This document shows positions 49,897-59,407 of a DNA stretch of 64,000 nt, piece after piece (positions within the stretch are counted from its first letter, which is position 1; each line of letters opens with the position of its first letter). Under the pieces are notes generated by a model. It saw nothing but the letters and a program-made list of their open reading frames with translations, was not told the DNA's origin and did not search any database. Position numbers and translations under genes: made by a program. The stretch covers positions 1 to 64,000 of the forward strand of contig JBGTGT010000022.1 in the NCBI GenBank assembly GCA_041746575.1, given 5' to 3'. Source of the stretch: Microcystaceae cyanobacterium. GTDB taxonomy: Bacteria > Cyanobacteriota > Cyanobacteriia > Cyanobacteriales > Microcystaceae.

Positions 49897-50856
49897 ATGT
49901 GGTGGCGTAATTCTCGATTAAATCGCCTTGAAGCAACGTTAGAACGTCTAGTAGAGATTAGTGAAGTCATAACGCTTCACAATGAAAAGAAACAAGATAG
50001 AGTGGAATTCCGTTTAAATCGGATTGAAGCAATATTAGAACGTCTAGCAGAAATGAGTGAAATAACGACGCTTCATAGTGAAAAAGAACAAGATAGGGTA
50101 GAATTTCGTTTAAACCACCTTGAAGAAACATTAATAAAGTTAGTAGAAATTAGCCAGATTGCTTGTTGTCACTTTGAGCAATTTATCCAAATATCTGAAA
50201 AAGTAATCATCGGAAACGATATCCAAAAACAAAATTTATCAAAGATATTAGAATATCATCAACAACTTGAGAGACAATTTTTAGAGATAGAACAATACGG
50301 ACAAAAAATTAAAACGCTAAAAATCGAGAAACAGCAAGCGATCAAGGAATTAACTTATATTGCTGAAAAACTGGAGACAACTGAAACAGAAAAGAAAACG
50401 ATAATTGCTCGCTTAGAAGCAGAATATAGTCAAGAAATAGAACGAATTAATGATGAAAATCAAAGTCTAATAATTAAATTAAAAGATAACTACGCTATAA
50501 ATATAAGAAGTTACGATAAAACAATAGGAGAACTAAACATACAAGCACAACAATATAATCAACAAATACAAGAATATAAGAGTAGCATTCAAAGATTGAC
50601 CTTTGAGAAACAGAAAAATTTTGCAGAATATCGCAAAGTCAAAAAAAAACTAGAAGAAATTGATACAAATGCAAAAGTAGCGATCGCTCAAGTTAAATCC
50701 GCAAAAGAAAGCTTTCATCAAAAGTTTTCTAAAATGTTGTATTTTGCTGGAACTATCTGTATTTTAGATAATAATGACATCGAGGAAATGATGGAAATTG
50801 ACAACTCTTCACCGAGTTCTACTGATCCTCATGACCTCAATCAAAGCGATTATTAA
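49897..50856 (+). CDS. Hypothetical coiled-coil protein with N-terminal 32-aa repeats
   Basis: 319-aa E/K/Q-rich ORF with 96-nt tandem units at 49915, 50011 and 50107. Confidence 0.75.
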   Translation: MWWRNSRLNRLEATLERLVEISEVITLHNEKKQDRVEFRLNRIEAILERLAEMSEITTLHSEKEQDRVEFRLNHLEETLIKLVEISQIACCHFEQFIQISEKVIIGNDIQKQNLSKILEYHQQLERQFLEIEQYGQKIKTLKIEKQQAIKELTYIAEKLETTETEKKTIIARLEAEYSQEIERINDENQSLIIKLKDNYAINIRSYDKTIGELNIQAQQYNQQIQEYKSSIQRLTFEKQKNFAEYRKVKKKLEEIDTNAKVAIAQVKSAKESFHQKFSKMLYFAGTICILDNNDIEEMMEIDNSSPSSTDPHDLNQSDY

Positions 50857-51332
50857 TGACCATAAATCTTAAGATAAGAGGAATCAAAAACATGAAATCT
50901 CGTTTAGAAAATATCATCAAAGATTTAGATAAATGTATAGAGGAAGACGTTAAAATATCATCGCAGATTTTTGGACTTGCCACCGCTTCTATTCAGAAAA
51001 ATAAAGAACTTTTAGAACAATTACAGAAAAAAATGGAAACTCATCTTCAAAATTCATCTCATTTAATTTCTGTAGAAAGCTATCCTCTCACTCAAGAATT
51101 TTTACAAAAACAGTATAAAAATTATAACGAAGCCTATAAATTTTATCACGAAAGCTATCAAATAACTTGTAGCAGAGGATGGGAAAATTTAGTAAAAGCA
51201 ATTAATAAATTGTCTTCACCCAAAAAAAGTATTAGTTTAGAGGATAAAGTAAACACCCTTGAAAATAAAGTCACACACCTAGAAGAAACGATTAATATTT
51301 TAGTAGAGATTATTAAAAATTTGGATGGATAG
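50856..51332 (+). CDS. Hypothetical protein
   Basis: TAATG coupling to the upstream gene and a C-terminal zipper LEDKVNTLENKVTHLEE. Confidence 0.7.
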   Translation: MTINLKIRGIKNMKSRLENIIKDLDKCIEEDVKISSQIFGLATASIQKNKELLEQLQKKMETHLQNSSHLISVESYPLTQEFLQKQYKNYNEAYKFYHESYQITCSRGWENLVKAINKLSSPKKSISLEDKVNTLENKVTHLEETINILVEIIKNLDG

Positions 51333-51379
51333 CTGATTATTGCAAGCATTGCACCTCTACAAATTCCCGATTACTATCA

Positions 51380-51943
51380 TTACAATACTCCATTTCCACC
51401 TTGATAAAAATGTAATCTTCCGACACCTAAATACAATCCTAACGGATTTTCTCCACTGGGATAAACCGTGACACCAAATAAATAAACGCCCGCATAATCA
51501 GGGTTACGAATGGGTTTTAAGCCAATGGTAAAAACCGTACCGCTAGGAACAGGAGAATCGAGTTGAATGGTAATCGCTTGGGTATCGGGATCTTGGGTAA
51601 CAGATTGAATCGGAATCCCATCTCTTTTATCTCGATATGTTCCTTTAAAGGCGACGGTTCTATTTAAATAAAAACGAATGGTCTCGCTTCCTCTTCGCTG
51701 TTGAATCGTGACAAAACTTAAGGTATTTCCTGCATTTTCAAGAATTTCAACGGTGAAATAATAGGTCGACTGCCAAACCCTCACCGCATTATATGTGGTT
51801 ACTGCATTTATTAAACGAGGGGATTTAGAAAAGTACCCTCTAGAAACCATTGGCGTAGATTGGGAAAGAATTGGTTGTAACGGAAAAATGGCTACATTTC
51901 CCAATAAAAGTACGAGTAATAAGGTTAGTTTTTTCATGATCAA
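51380..51943 (-). CDS. DUF2808-domain secreted protein
   Basis: Signal peptide, TYYFT, and RNP...GVYLFGVTVYPSGE. Confidence 0.82.
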   Translation of the reverse strand: MIMKKLTLLLVLLLGNVAIFPLQPILSQSTPMVSRGYFSKSPRLINAVTTYNAVRVWQSTYYFTVEILENAGNTLSFVTIQQRRGSETIRFYLNRTVAFKGTYRDKRDGIPIQSVTQDPDTQAITIQLDSPVPSGTVFTIGLKPIRNPDYAGVYLFGVTVYPSGENPLGLYLGVGRLHFYQGGNGVL

Positions 51944-51968
51944 GATAAATATATAATATCAAATTAAA

Positions 51969-52373
51969 TTAAGGGTTGCCGACAAGACCAAATAACTTTG
52001 CTAATCCACCGATAATGGCAAGAATTAAACCTAACACTACTCCTCGATTAATAAATTCTTGATAATCAAGACGTTTCGATATTCCGTCAACTTTTTCTGC
52101 TAAGGACCTTATTTCTCCGGATAATCTTTCTTCCAATCGAGCTTGTCCCACTTCTAAATTAGTCAGACGTTCATCAATTTTATCCACTTTTTGATCGAAT
52201 TTTTCTTCAAGCTGATCAAATTTTTGGTCAAATTTCCCCTCAAGCTGATCAAATTTTTGGTCAAATTTTTCCTCAATTCGCTCTAAATTCTGATTAACTT
52301 CTTTAATGCTTTGTTTAATTTCTCTTAAAATTTCTTCAAGAGAATAAGTGACACTAATCGGAGACTGGCTCAT
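51969..52373 (-). CDS. Small coiled-coil protein with C-terminal TM (DUF4164/haemolysin XhlA-like cyanobacterial family)
   Basis: 11-aa repeats EEKFDQKFDQL, then LEVGQARL, QEFINRGV and a terminal TM. Confidence 0.75.
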   Translation of the reverse strand: MSQSPISVTYSLEEILREIKQSIKEVNQNLERIEEKFDQKFDQLEGKFDQKFDQLEEKFDQKVDKIDERLTNLEVGQARLEERLSGEIRSLAEKVDGISKRLDYQEFINRGVVLGLILAIIGGLAKLFGLVGNP

Positions 52374-52628
52374 GGCTTAAACTCCTAATTCGCTGGATAG
52401 ACTGATTGTTTTAACCTTTTCAGGGAGATCATTAGGGAACTAACTTCTATTATGCCAGTTTAATTCCTGTTACCCAATCCATCAGGCTTGGCGCAAATGA
52501 TCGTGTGAGACGACTGCGCATAGGTATTGTTCTCTAAATCTAAAAAAAAGCGAGACGCTTTTCCCCTTTCCTTCTCAACCTCAATTACGATATGTTAAGA
52601 AGTACAAATAACTAGCCTCAAAGACACT

Positions 52629-54659
52629 ATGGATTCACTTTATCAATATGCTTGGCTTATTCCCGTTTTACCTCTATTAGGGGCAATGGTGGTAGGTTCT
52701 GGGCTAATTTCTTTTAATGAAGCGACGAATCGCCTCAGACAAGTTAATTCAGTCTTTATCGTCTCTTTATTGGGCGCATCCATGGTGATGTCCTTTGCCC
52801 TTCTGTGGAGTCAAATTCAAGGTCATGCAACCTATCAACGGATGTTTGAGTGGGCATCGGCAGGAAATTTTCATCTCCAGATGGGTTATGCTATCGACCC
52901 CCTCAGTGCGTTAATGTGCGTAATTGTGACCACGGTGGCCTTTTTGGTAATGATTTATACTGATGGTTACATGGCACATGATCCGAGTTATGTGCGTTTT
53001 TATGCGTATTTAAGCATTTTTAGTTCTTCTATGTTGGGATTGGTTATCAGTCCCAATTTAGTGCAGGTTTACATCTTCTGGGAACTGGTGGGGATGTGTT
53101 CCTATCTCCTCATCGGCTTCTGGTTTGACCGTCCAGCGGCCGCCGAAGCGTGTCAAAAAGCCTTTGTTACCAACCGCGTTGGGGATTTTGGCTTATTGTT
53201 AGGGATGCTGGGTTTATATTGGGCAACGGGAAGCTTTGAATTCGATGTCATGGGAGAAAGATTAACCGAATTGGTCAATACAGGCGCAATTGCTCCAACT
53301 TTGGCAATTTTATTTGGTATTTTAGTTTTTCTTGGCCCTGTGGCTAAATCGGCTCAATTTCCTCTCCACGTTTGGCTACCCGATGCCATGGAAGGCCCCA
53401 CTCCTATTTCTGCGCTAATTCACGCGGCAACAATGGTGGCGGCAGGAGTATTCTTAGTTGCGAGAATGTATCCTGTTTTTGAGCATATTCCCTCGGTCAT
53501 GACGCTTATTGCGTGGACAGGGGCATTTACAGCCTTTTTAGGGGCAACGATCGCCTTAACCCAAAATGATATTAAGAAGGGGTTAGCGTATTCGACTATT
53601 TCTCAACTAGGGTATATGACCTTAGCCATGGGAATTGGCGCATATACCGCCGGTTTATTTCATCTAATGACCCATGCTTACTTCAAAGCGATGTTATTTC
53701 TTTGTTCTGGGTCAGTTATCCACGGCATGGAAGGGACAGTTGGACATGATCCCGTTTTAGCCCAAGATATGCGCTTAATGGGGGGATTACGCAAGTTTAT
53801 GCCCTTGACGTCCCTTAGTTTCCTCATAGGAACGCTGGCTATCTGCGGGATTCCGCCTTTTGCTGGTTTTTGGTCGAAAGATGAAATCCTACATTTGGCT
53901 TTTGAAGCAAATCCTATTTTATGGTTTATTGGGTGGGGAACGGCCGGATTGACGGCATTTTATATGTTCCGTATGTACTTTATGACCTTTGAAGGGGAAT
54001 TTCGGGGCAATGATAAGGATATCCAACAAAAGCTATTGAACGCGGCAGAGGTTACCCTAGAACCCGCTTTCGGCCCCGGCGCAATGGATATTGAAGAACA
54101 CGGACACAGTCACGGCGGAAAACCCCATGAATCACCGTTAACCATGACTTTGCCCCTACTTATTCTAGCGATTCCTTCGACATTCATCGGTTTAGTCGGC
54201 ATTCCTTGGCAAAATCGTTTTGAACACTTAATCTACGCTCCAGGGGAAGCCGTAGAAGAAGTCAGTCACTTCAATTGGACGGAATTTCTCTTAATGGGAG
54301 GCAGTTCCGTGGGAATTGCTTTAATCGGCATTACTATCGCTATTTTGATGTATTTACAGCACAAAATTGATCCAAAAGCGATCGCCGATAAATACCCAGC
54401 TTTGTATCAATTGTCCCTCAATAAGTGGTATTTCGACGACATTTATGACCAAGTCTTTGTAACGGGATGTCGCCGTTTAGCGCGTCAAATTATGGAGGTT
54501 GACTACCGTGTTATTGACGGAGCAGTGAATTTAACGGGTTTAGCCACGATTGTCAGTGGAGAAGGCTTGAAATACCTTGAAAATGGTCGCGCTCAGTTTT
54601 ACGCTTTGATTGTCTTTGCGGCAGTCTTAGGCTTTGTGATTGTGTTTAGTGTCGTTTAA
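52629..54659 (+). CDS. ndhF1: NAD(P)H-quinone oxidoreductase subunit 5 (NdhF1)
   Basis: YQYAWLIP, WELVG, KSAQFPLHVWLPDAMEGPTP and LENGRAQFY. Confidence 0.95.
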   Translation: MDSLYQYAWLIPVLPLLGAMVVGSGLISFNEATNRLRQVNSVFIVSLLGASMVMSFALLWSQIQGHATYQRMFEWASAGNFHLQMGYAIDPLSALMCVIVTTVAFLVMIYTDGYMAHDPSYVRFYAYLSIFSSSMLGLVISPNLVQVYIFWELVGMCSYLLIGFWFDRPAAAEACQKAFVTNRVGDFGLLLGMLGLYWATGSFEFDVMGERLTELVNTGAIAPTLAILFGILVFLGPVAKSAQFPLHVWLPDAMEGPTPISALIHAATMVAAGVFLVARMYPVFEHIPSVMTLIAWTGAFTAFLGATIALTQNDIKKGLAYSTISQLGYMTLAMGIGAYTAGLFHLMTHAYFKAMLFLCSGSVIHGMEGTVGHDPVLAQDMRLMGGLRKFMPLTSLSFLIGTLAICGIPPFAGFWSKDEILHLAFEANPILWFIGWGTAGLTAFYMFRMYFMTFEGEFRGNDKDIQQKLLNAAEVTLEPAFGPGAMDIEEHGHSHGGKPHESPLTMTLPLLILAIPSTFIGLVGIPWQNRFEHLIYAPGEAVEEVSHFNWTEFLLMGGSSVGIALIGITIAILMYLQHKIDPKAIADKYPALYQLSLNKWYFDDIYDQVFVTGCRRLARQIMEVDYRVIDGAVNLTGLATIVSGEGLKYLENGRAQFYALIVFAAVLGFVIVFSVV

Positions 54660-54670
54660 CCGTTAATTGG

Positions 54671-54708
54671 GTAGGGTGGGCGTTTTTGTCCACCTTTTCT
54701 TTTTTTCT
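54671..54708 (+). terminator. REP-like hairpin serving as probable ndhF1 terminator
   Basis: GTAGGGTGGGCG-TTTT-TGTCCACC followed by a T-rich tract. Confidence 0.65.
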
Positions 54709-54873
54709 CTATCTCTTGCTCAAATAAAAAATTAATGGCTAAAGCCCTAAGTGTGACGTTTAAAAAAATGACTTACTGTCTTTAAAAGGGAATAAATCTC
54801 AGATTATAATGGGCTAAAACGTATTCAAACTAGCTATTTCTTAAATTAATGCACCATTTGATTTAAAATCGTT

Positions 54874-56787
54874 ATGACTCAATTAGTTAATTATTCCACC
54901 ATGAACCATTTATCAGCCATCTGGCCGATCGCCGCCCAACGCTTTTCTGATATCGTCGCTCTTGATAATCCCCACAGTAAACCAGAAGTTAAACTCACCT
55001 ATCAAGAATTGTGGGCGAAAATCCAGCAATTTGCCGCAGGATTGCAAGCACTAGGCGTTAAAGCATCTGATAAAGTTTCTCTATTTGCCGATAATAGTCC
55101 TCGTTGGTTTATAGCCGACCAAGGAATTATGACCACAGGTGCAGCCAATGTGGTACGGTCTTCTCAAGCCGATCAACAAGAGTTATTATATATTCTGCAA
55201 GATAGTGATAGTAATACCTTAATCGCTGAAGATTTAAAAACCTATAAGAAATTAAAAGACCATATAAGCAATATTTCCCTAGAAAGAATTATTCTTCTTT
55301 CTGATGAAAACATCGAAACAGAAGAATCTGTTAAAGTCTTAAATTTTAGCCAATTAATGGAAGTAGGCGCAAATTCCAACTTAATTCCGATTGAAATTTC
55401 TAAAGATTCCCTCGCAACCCTCATTTATACCTCTGGAACAACAGGACAACCAAAGGGGGCAATGTTATCCCATGGCAACTTACTTCATCAAGTCACCACC
55501 CTCGATGCTATCATTCAACCGCAACCGGGAAATACGGTCTTAAGCATTTTACCGCCTTGGCACGCTTATGAAAGAAGTGCAGAGTATTTTCTGCTCTCTC
55601 AAGGTTGCACGATGGTTTACACCAGTATTCGCACGTTTAAAAACGATTTAAAGAACTTTAAACCCCATCACATGATAGGTGTCCCCCGTCTTTGGGAATC
55701 TCTTTATGAAGGTATTCAAAAGAACTTTCGAGATCAACCTGAAAGTCGTCAAAAATTAATAACATTTTTCTTGAATATTTCAGAAAATTACATAATCAAC
55801 AAACGTATCGCTAATAAGTTAAGCCTTGATCACCTTCATGCTTCTAGTATTGAGCGTTTAATAGCAGATTTAAAAGCAATTGCCCTTTTTCCGCTTCATG
55901 CCTTAGGAGACAAACTGGTTTACCAAAAAATTCGGGAAGCAACAGGGGGAAGGGTTGAAACTTTCGTGAGTGGTGGAGGTTCATTAGCGAAACATTTAGA
56001 CACCTTTTACGAAATTGTCAATGTTCCCCTCTTAGTGGGGTATGGTCTAACCGAAACGTCTCCTGTCACTAACGCACGTACTTTAACGCATAATTTAAGA
56101 GGGTCTTCAGGTCGTCCGATTCCGCAAACAGACATTCGTATTGTTGATCTAGATACTAAACAAATTCTACCCCCAGAACAGCGAGGTTTGGTGTTAATTC
56201 GTGGACCTCAAGTCATGCAAGGGTATTATCAAAAACCCGAAGCGACGGCGAAGGCGATTGATGCCGAAGGATGGTTTAATAGTGGCGATTTAGGATGGGT
56301 TACCCAGCAAAATGATTTAGTTTTAACGGGGCGTGCCAAGGATACTATTGTTTTATCCAATGGCGAAAATATTGAACCGCAACCGATTGAAGATGCTTGC
56401 GTTCGGAGTCCTTACATTGATCAAATTATGCTGGTCGGTCAAGATCAAAAGGCATTAGGAGCTTTAATTGTTCCCAACGTGGAAGCATTACAAAAATGGG
56501 CAGATAGTAAAAAGCTAAGCGTAAAATTCCCACAATCGGCTGATTCTTCTGCTGAAATTCCACAAAGTGATTGGTATAATGGGTCTGTCGTTGATCTATT
56601 TCGCCAAGAATTGAAGCGAGAGATCAAAAATCGCCCCGGTTATCGTCCTGATGATCAAATTAAGAGCTTTGAGTTTATTTTAGAGCCTTTTTCCCTTGAA
56701 AATGGTATGATGACCCAAACTTTGAAGGTTAAGCGTCCAGTCGTCACCCAACGTTACCAACACTTAATCAATCAAATGTTTGATTAG
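54874..56787 (+). CDS. aas: Long-chain acyl-ACP/CoA synthetase (Aas-like)
   Basis: YTSGTTGQPKG, GYGLTE, SGDLG and GRAKDTIVLSNGENIEP. Confidence 0.88.
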   Translation: MTQLVNYSTMNHLSAIWPIAAQRFSDIVALDNPHSKPEVKLTYQELWAKIQQFAAGLQALGVKASDKVSLFADNSPRWFIADQGIMTTGAANVVRSSQADQQELLYILQDSDSNTLIAEDLKTYKKLKDHISNISLERIILLSDENIETEESVKVLNFSQLMEVGANSNLIPIEISKDSLATLIYTSGTTGQPKGAMLSHGNLLHQVTTLDAIIQPQPGNTVLSILPPWHAYERSAEYFLLSQGCTMVYTSIRTFKNDLKNFKPHHMIGVPRLWESLYEGIQKNFRDQPESRQKLITFFLNISENYIINKRIANKLSLDHLHASSIERLIADLKAIALFPLHALGDKLVYQKIREATGGRVETFVSGGGSLAKHLDTFYEIVNVPLLVGYGLTETSPVTNARTLTHNLRGSSGRPIPQTDIRIVDLDTKQILPPEQRGLVLIRGPQVMQGYYQKPEATAKAIDAEGWFNSGDLGWVTQQNDLVLTGRAKDTIVLSNGENIEPQPIEDACVRSPYIDQIMLVGQDQKALGALIVPNVEALQKWADSKKLSVKFPQSADSSAEIPQSDWYNGSVVDLFRQELKREIKNRPGYRPDDQIKSFEFILEPFSLENGMMTQTLKVKRPVVTQRYQHLINQMFD

Positions 56788-56899
56788 AAGGTGTTTTTCT
56801 AAAATTGGGTTGATTAATTGTTACAGAAAAACAAGCAATGGCGATCGCTCAGAAATCTCTAAAGCGGTACTATTAGGTACATAATCGCAAATATAGTAT

Positions 56900-57012
56900 C
56901 ATTGCCCACTCTGATTAATTTGAAAGATGATTAGGGAATTTTGTGGTCAAATATCTTAGATTATTTCTATAATTAGGCGATTTTTCCAGTTTGAAGATTT
57001 CACAAGCGATCT
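56900..57012 (+). repeat. Partial copy A of the degenerate REP-like spacer repeat
   Basis: ATTGCCCAC...TGTGGTCAAATATCTTAGATTAT...GATTTTTCCAGTTTGAAGATTTCACAAGCGATC aligns with the right part of copies B and C. Confidence 0.7.
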
Positions 57013-57014
57013 CT

Positions 57015-57239
57015 TCAAGCAACTTGATCCTGATAAACTTTAGGTATGGGTAAAGGTTCTCCTGCTAATTGGTAATCCTCGATTAATAATTCTAATACTT
57101 CTACGCCGTTGGTCACAGCTTCTTCATAAGAATCACCATGAGTTCGCCATTTTTGACCTATGAAGTCGGGAAATCCTACTAAATAACAATTGTTTTCTTC
57201 TGACCATTGAATAATCATTGTGTATTTAAGTTTATTCAT
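57015..57239 (-). CDS. hicB: HicB-family antitoxin (short, no DNA-binding domain)
   Basis: YTMIIQWSEE...FPDF...THGDSYEEA. Confidence 0.88.
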   Translation of the reverse strand: MNKLKYTMIIQWSEENNCYLVGFPDFIGQKWRTHGDSYEEAVTNGVEVLELLIEDYQLAGEPLPIPKVYQDQVA

Positions 57240-57444
57240 TTTCTTGTTTCCTTTTGACTTCTTGGATGGCGTTTAAAACTTCTTTTTCTAAATAAATTTT
57301 AGCATCTGAGCTATCTTTTCCTGAAATTGTGATTCTTCCTTCATATAAAGGATGATACCAGTTTGAATGACTACCTTTGCCAGTACGAGAGGCAAATCCT
57401 GCTTTTTGTAACATTTTTTTGAGTTCTCGGATTTTCTGGGGCAT
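57232..57444 (-). CDS. hicA: HicA-family toxin
   Basis: LQKAGF...GKGSH...HP. It overlaps hicB. Confidence 0.88.
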   Translation of the reverse strand: MPQKIRELKKMLQKAGFASRTGKGSHSNWYHPLYEGRITISGKDSSDAKIYLEKEVLNAIQEVKRKQENE

Positions 57445-57520
57445 TGATGAATATTGACACGATTTTTAATTATAGTTTATGTTAGTTATGTTAAAACATA
57501 GCAATCGCACTTTCTCAAGA

Positions 57521-57675
57521 GTAGAACGGGCAAGCATCGTTAATTTAGATGACACAGAATAACATTAATCGCTTGCTCACCAAAAGATTAAGATAATATC
57601 CCAAAGGTGAAATGGTGGTCAAAAATCTTGGATTATCCCATTCATTGATTGATTTTTCCAATTTAAAGATTTTAC
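57521..57675 (+). repeat. Copy B of the ~155-bp REP-like spacer repeat
   Basis: GTAG start, GGGCAAGC...GCTTGCTCACC, GGTGGTCAA and TTAC end. Clearly alignable with copy C. Confidence 0.85.
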
Positions 57676-57730
57676 AGGTGTTGTTAATTTATGTTATCTT
57701 CAACTTGATAAATAATTCCATATTAATTAG

Positions 57731-57964
57731 ATGGTAAAAAGAGACAAGCTACTTCAGCGTCTTAAAAATAGTCCTAACAATGTTACATTTCAGGAAATTC
57801 GCAAATTATTAGAACTGGAAGGCTTTATTCTTGATAGAATTACAGGAAGTCATCATATTTTTACAAAAGCTGATATTGTTTTTGTGATTCCTGTTCATCG
57901 CAACCGAGTCAAAAGCGTTTATATTAGAAGAGTTATAGAATTGATTGAAGGAGACGAAACATGA
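57731..57964 (+). CDS. hicA: HicA-family toxin
   Basis: LLELEGF...ITGSHHIF...IPVH. ATGA overlap with hicB. Confidence 0.88.
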   Translation: MVKRDKLLQRLKNSPNNVTFQEIRKLLELEGFILDRITGSHHIFTKADIVFVIPVHRNRVKSVYIRRVIELIEGDET

Positions 57965-58176
57965 ATTATCCAATGATTATTTATCCCTGTGAAGAAGGTG
58001 GGTTTGTTGCTGAAATTCCTGCGCTAAAAGGTTGTTTAGCACAAGGAGAGACTTTACAGGAAACGCTAGAAGAATTAATGATTGTCAAGGAATTATGGTT
58101 AGAAACCGCACACAAAAAAGGTCAAATACTTCCTGATGTTGAAGGAGAAATGGCGAAAATTAAAGCTCTTAGTTAA
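57961..58176 (+). CDS. hicB: HicB-family antitoxin (short)
   Basis: EEGGFVAEIPALKGCLAQGETLQE. Confidence 0.88.
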   Translation: MNYPMIIYPCEEGGFVAEIPALKGCLAQGETLQETLEELMIVKELWLETAHKKGQILPDVEGEMAKIKALS

Positions 58177-58191
58177 TTAAAACATCATAAG

Positions 58192-58347
58192 GTAGAATTG
58201 AAAAGCATAGTTAATTTAGATGATACAGAATAATATTAATAGCTTGCCCACCAAAAGATTAAGATAAATATCCCGAAGGTGAAATTATGGGCAATAACCT
58301 TGGATTATTTCGTTAATTGATTGATTTTCCCAATTTTCATACTCTAC
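58192..58347 (+). repeat. Copy C of the ~155-bp REP-like spacer repeat
   Basis: GTAG start, then TTAATTTAGATGA...GCTTGCCCACCAAAAGATTAAGATA...GGTGAAAT, and a CTAC end followed by AAGCGATC. Confidence 0.85.
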
Positions 58348-59030
58348 AAGCGATCACACTTACAAGTGGTCGCCTTAAGCTTTTTTCGGGTCGCAGAAGC
58401 AACACCCAACAAACCTAAACCAAGTAAACTTAAGATAGAGGAAGATTCAGGAACTGGAGGAATATCGTCGGGTATATGTACTCCCGTTAAAGTAAATGTG
58501 ATGTCGTCATTTTCTGTAGGATAACTGTACAAAAGAGCGTATAGATCAGTATGTTCTGGTAAGTGTTCTTCAGATTTCAGAAGTAATTGTTGACTCATAT
58601 TACCAGTTACGGGTAGTCCTGTAAATCCACCTCCCGGAAAGCTTTGAATACCCGATAATCGTCGATTGAGTAGAGTACCATTGTCGTTATCAGTATCGTC
58701 GGCTGGAACTACATGTTGAGCAGAAACAAAAAAATCATAACCATTTACTTCATTGTCACTAAAAAATACCGAAAAATCCCAGCAAATTCCATTATTAAAT
58801 GGGCAGGTCTGTGCAAAATCACTTCTGCTTATACCAAATAACAATTCTGAGGCATCATTAGTACCATCCCATGAAAAAGTAGCAGTAAAGGAACTTCTGT
58901 TGTCCGCTAAACTGACATCAACAAAAGAACTTGCTTGAGCATTTGCGAAAGGTATTAAGGTAGCAAAAATTAGTCCTGTTGCCATTAAGCCGCTTTTAGG
59001 CTGAATTAATCTTATGAATAGTTGAGTCAT
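58344..59030 (-). CDS. PEP-CTERM sorting-domain protein
   Basis: Signal peptide ending AQA, an acidic body, and VPESSSILSLLGLGLLG...RKK. Start placed at MTQL. Confidence 0.85.
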   Translation of the reverse strand: MTQLFIRLIQPKSGLMATGLIFATLIPFANAQASSFVDVSLADNRSSFTATFSWDGTNDASELLFGISRSDFAQTCPFNNGICWDFSVFFSDNEVNGYDFFVSAQHVVPADDTDNDNGTLLNRRLSGIQSFPGGGFTGLPVTGNMSQQLLLKSEEHLPEHTDLYALLYSYPTENDDITFTLTGVHIPDDIPPVPESSSILSLLGLGLLGVASATRKKLKATTCKCDRL

Positions 59031-59407
59031 GATTTTGCTAGAGAATGGTCTTAACATACAAGTCAAGTTTTTAAACAAGTCAAGTACAGAACAGAGTATA
59101 TAGCGTTGAATTAAAATTTGCAATCAACATTAATCTTTACTTAACTTAGCTTAATATTTGGCAAAATTCTATTCTTTAGAGTGTTTCAGTCTATCTCAAA
59201 ACCCTATTGATCAACCTCGTAAACTTTTATTACAATAAAGAGTCCGAACCCTTTACCCTAATCCATCGGTAAAGTATCAATATCCATTGACATCAAGCCC
59301 CATATAGACAAAATCCGATTGAGAAAGCGATATAATAAAATACCTTCAATCATATTGTCATTTCTCCCCAATATATCCCGTCAATCCTCAAAACCACTCA
59401 AAAAACC

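Larger units (their letters stand above)
4565..56848. repeat. Dispersed HIP1 octamer GCGATCGC
   Basis: More than 20 copies seen by eye, e.g. at 4565, 6687, 30807 and 56841. This is a cyanobacterial hallmark. Confidence 0.9.

Noticed and set aside
56900..58347. CRISPR array or classical integron
   Set aside because: The repeats are about 155 bp and degenerate, with gene-sized spacers. There is no cas or intI gene, and I could not identify attC R-box pairs by eye.
59219..59233. NtcA site upstream of glsF
   Set aside because: The spacing is GTA-N9-TAC rather than the canonical N8.
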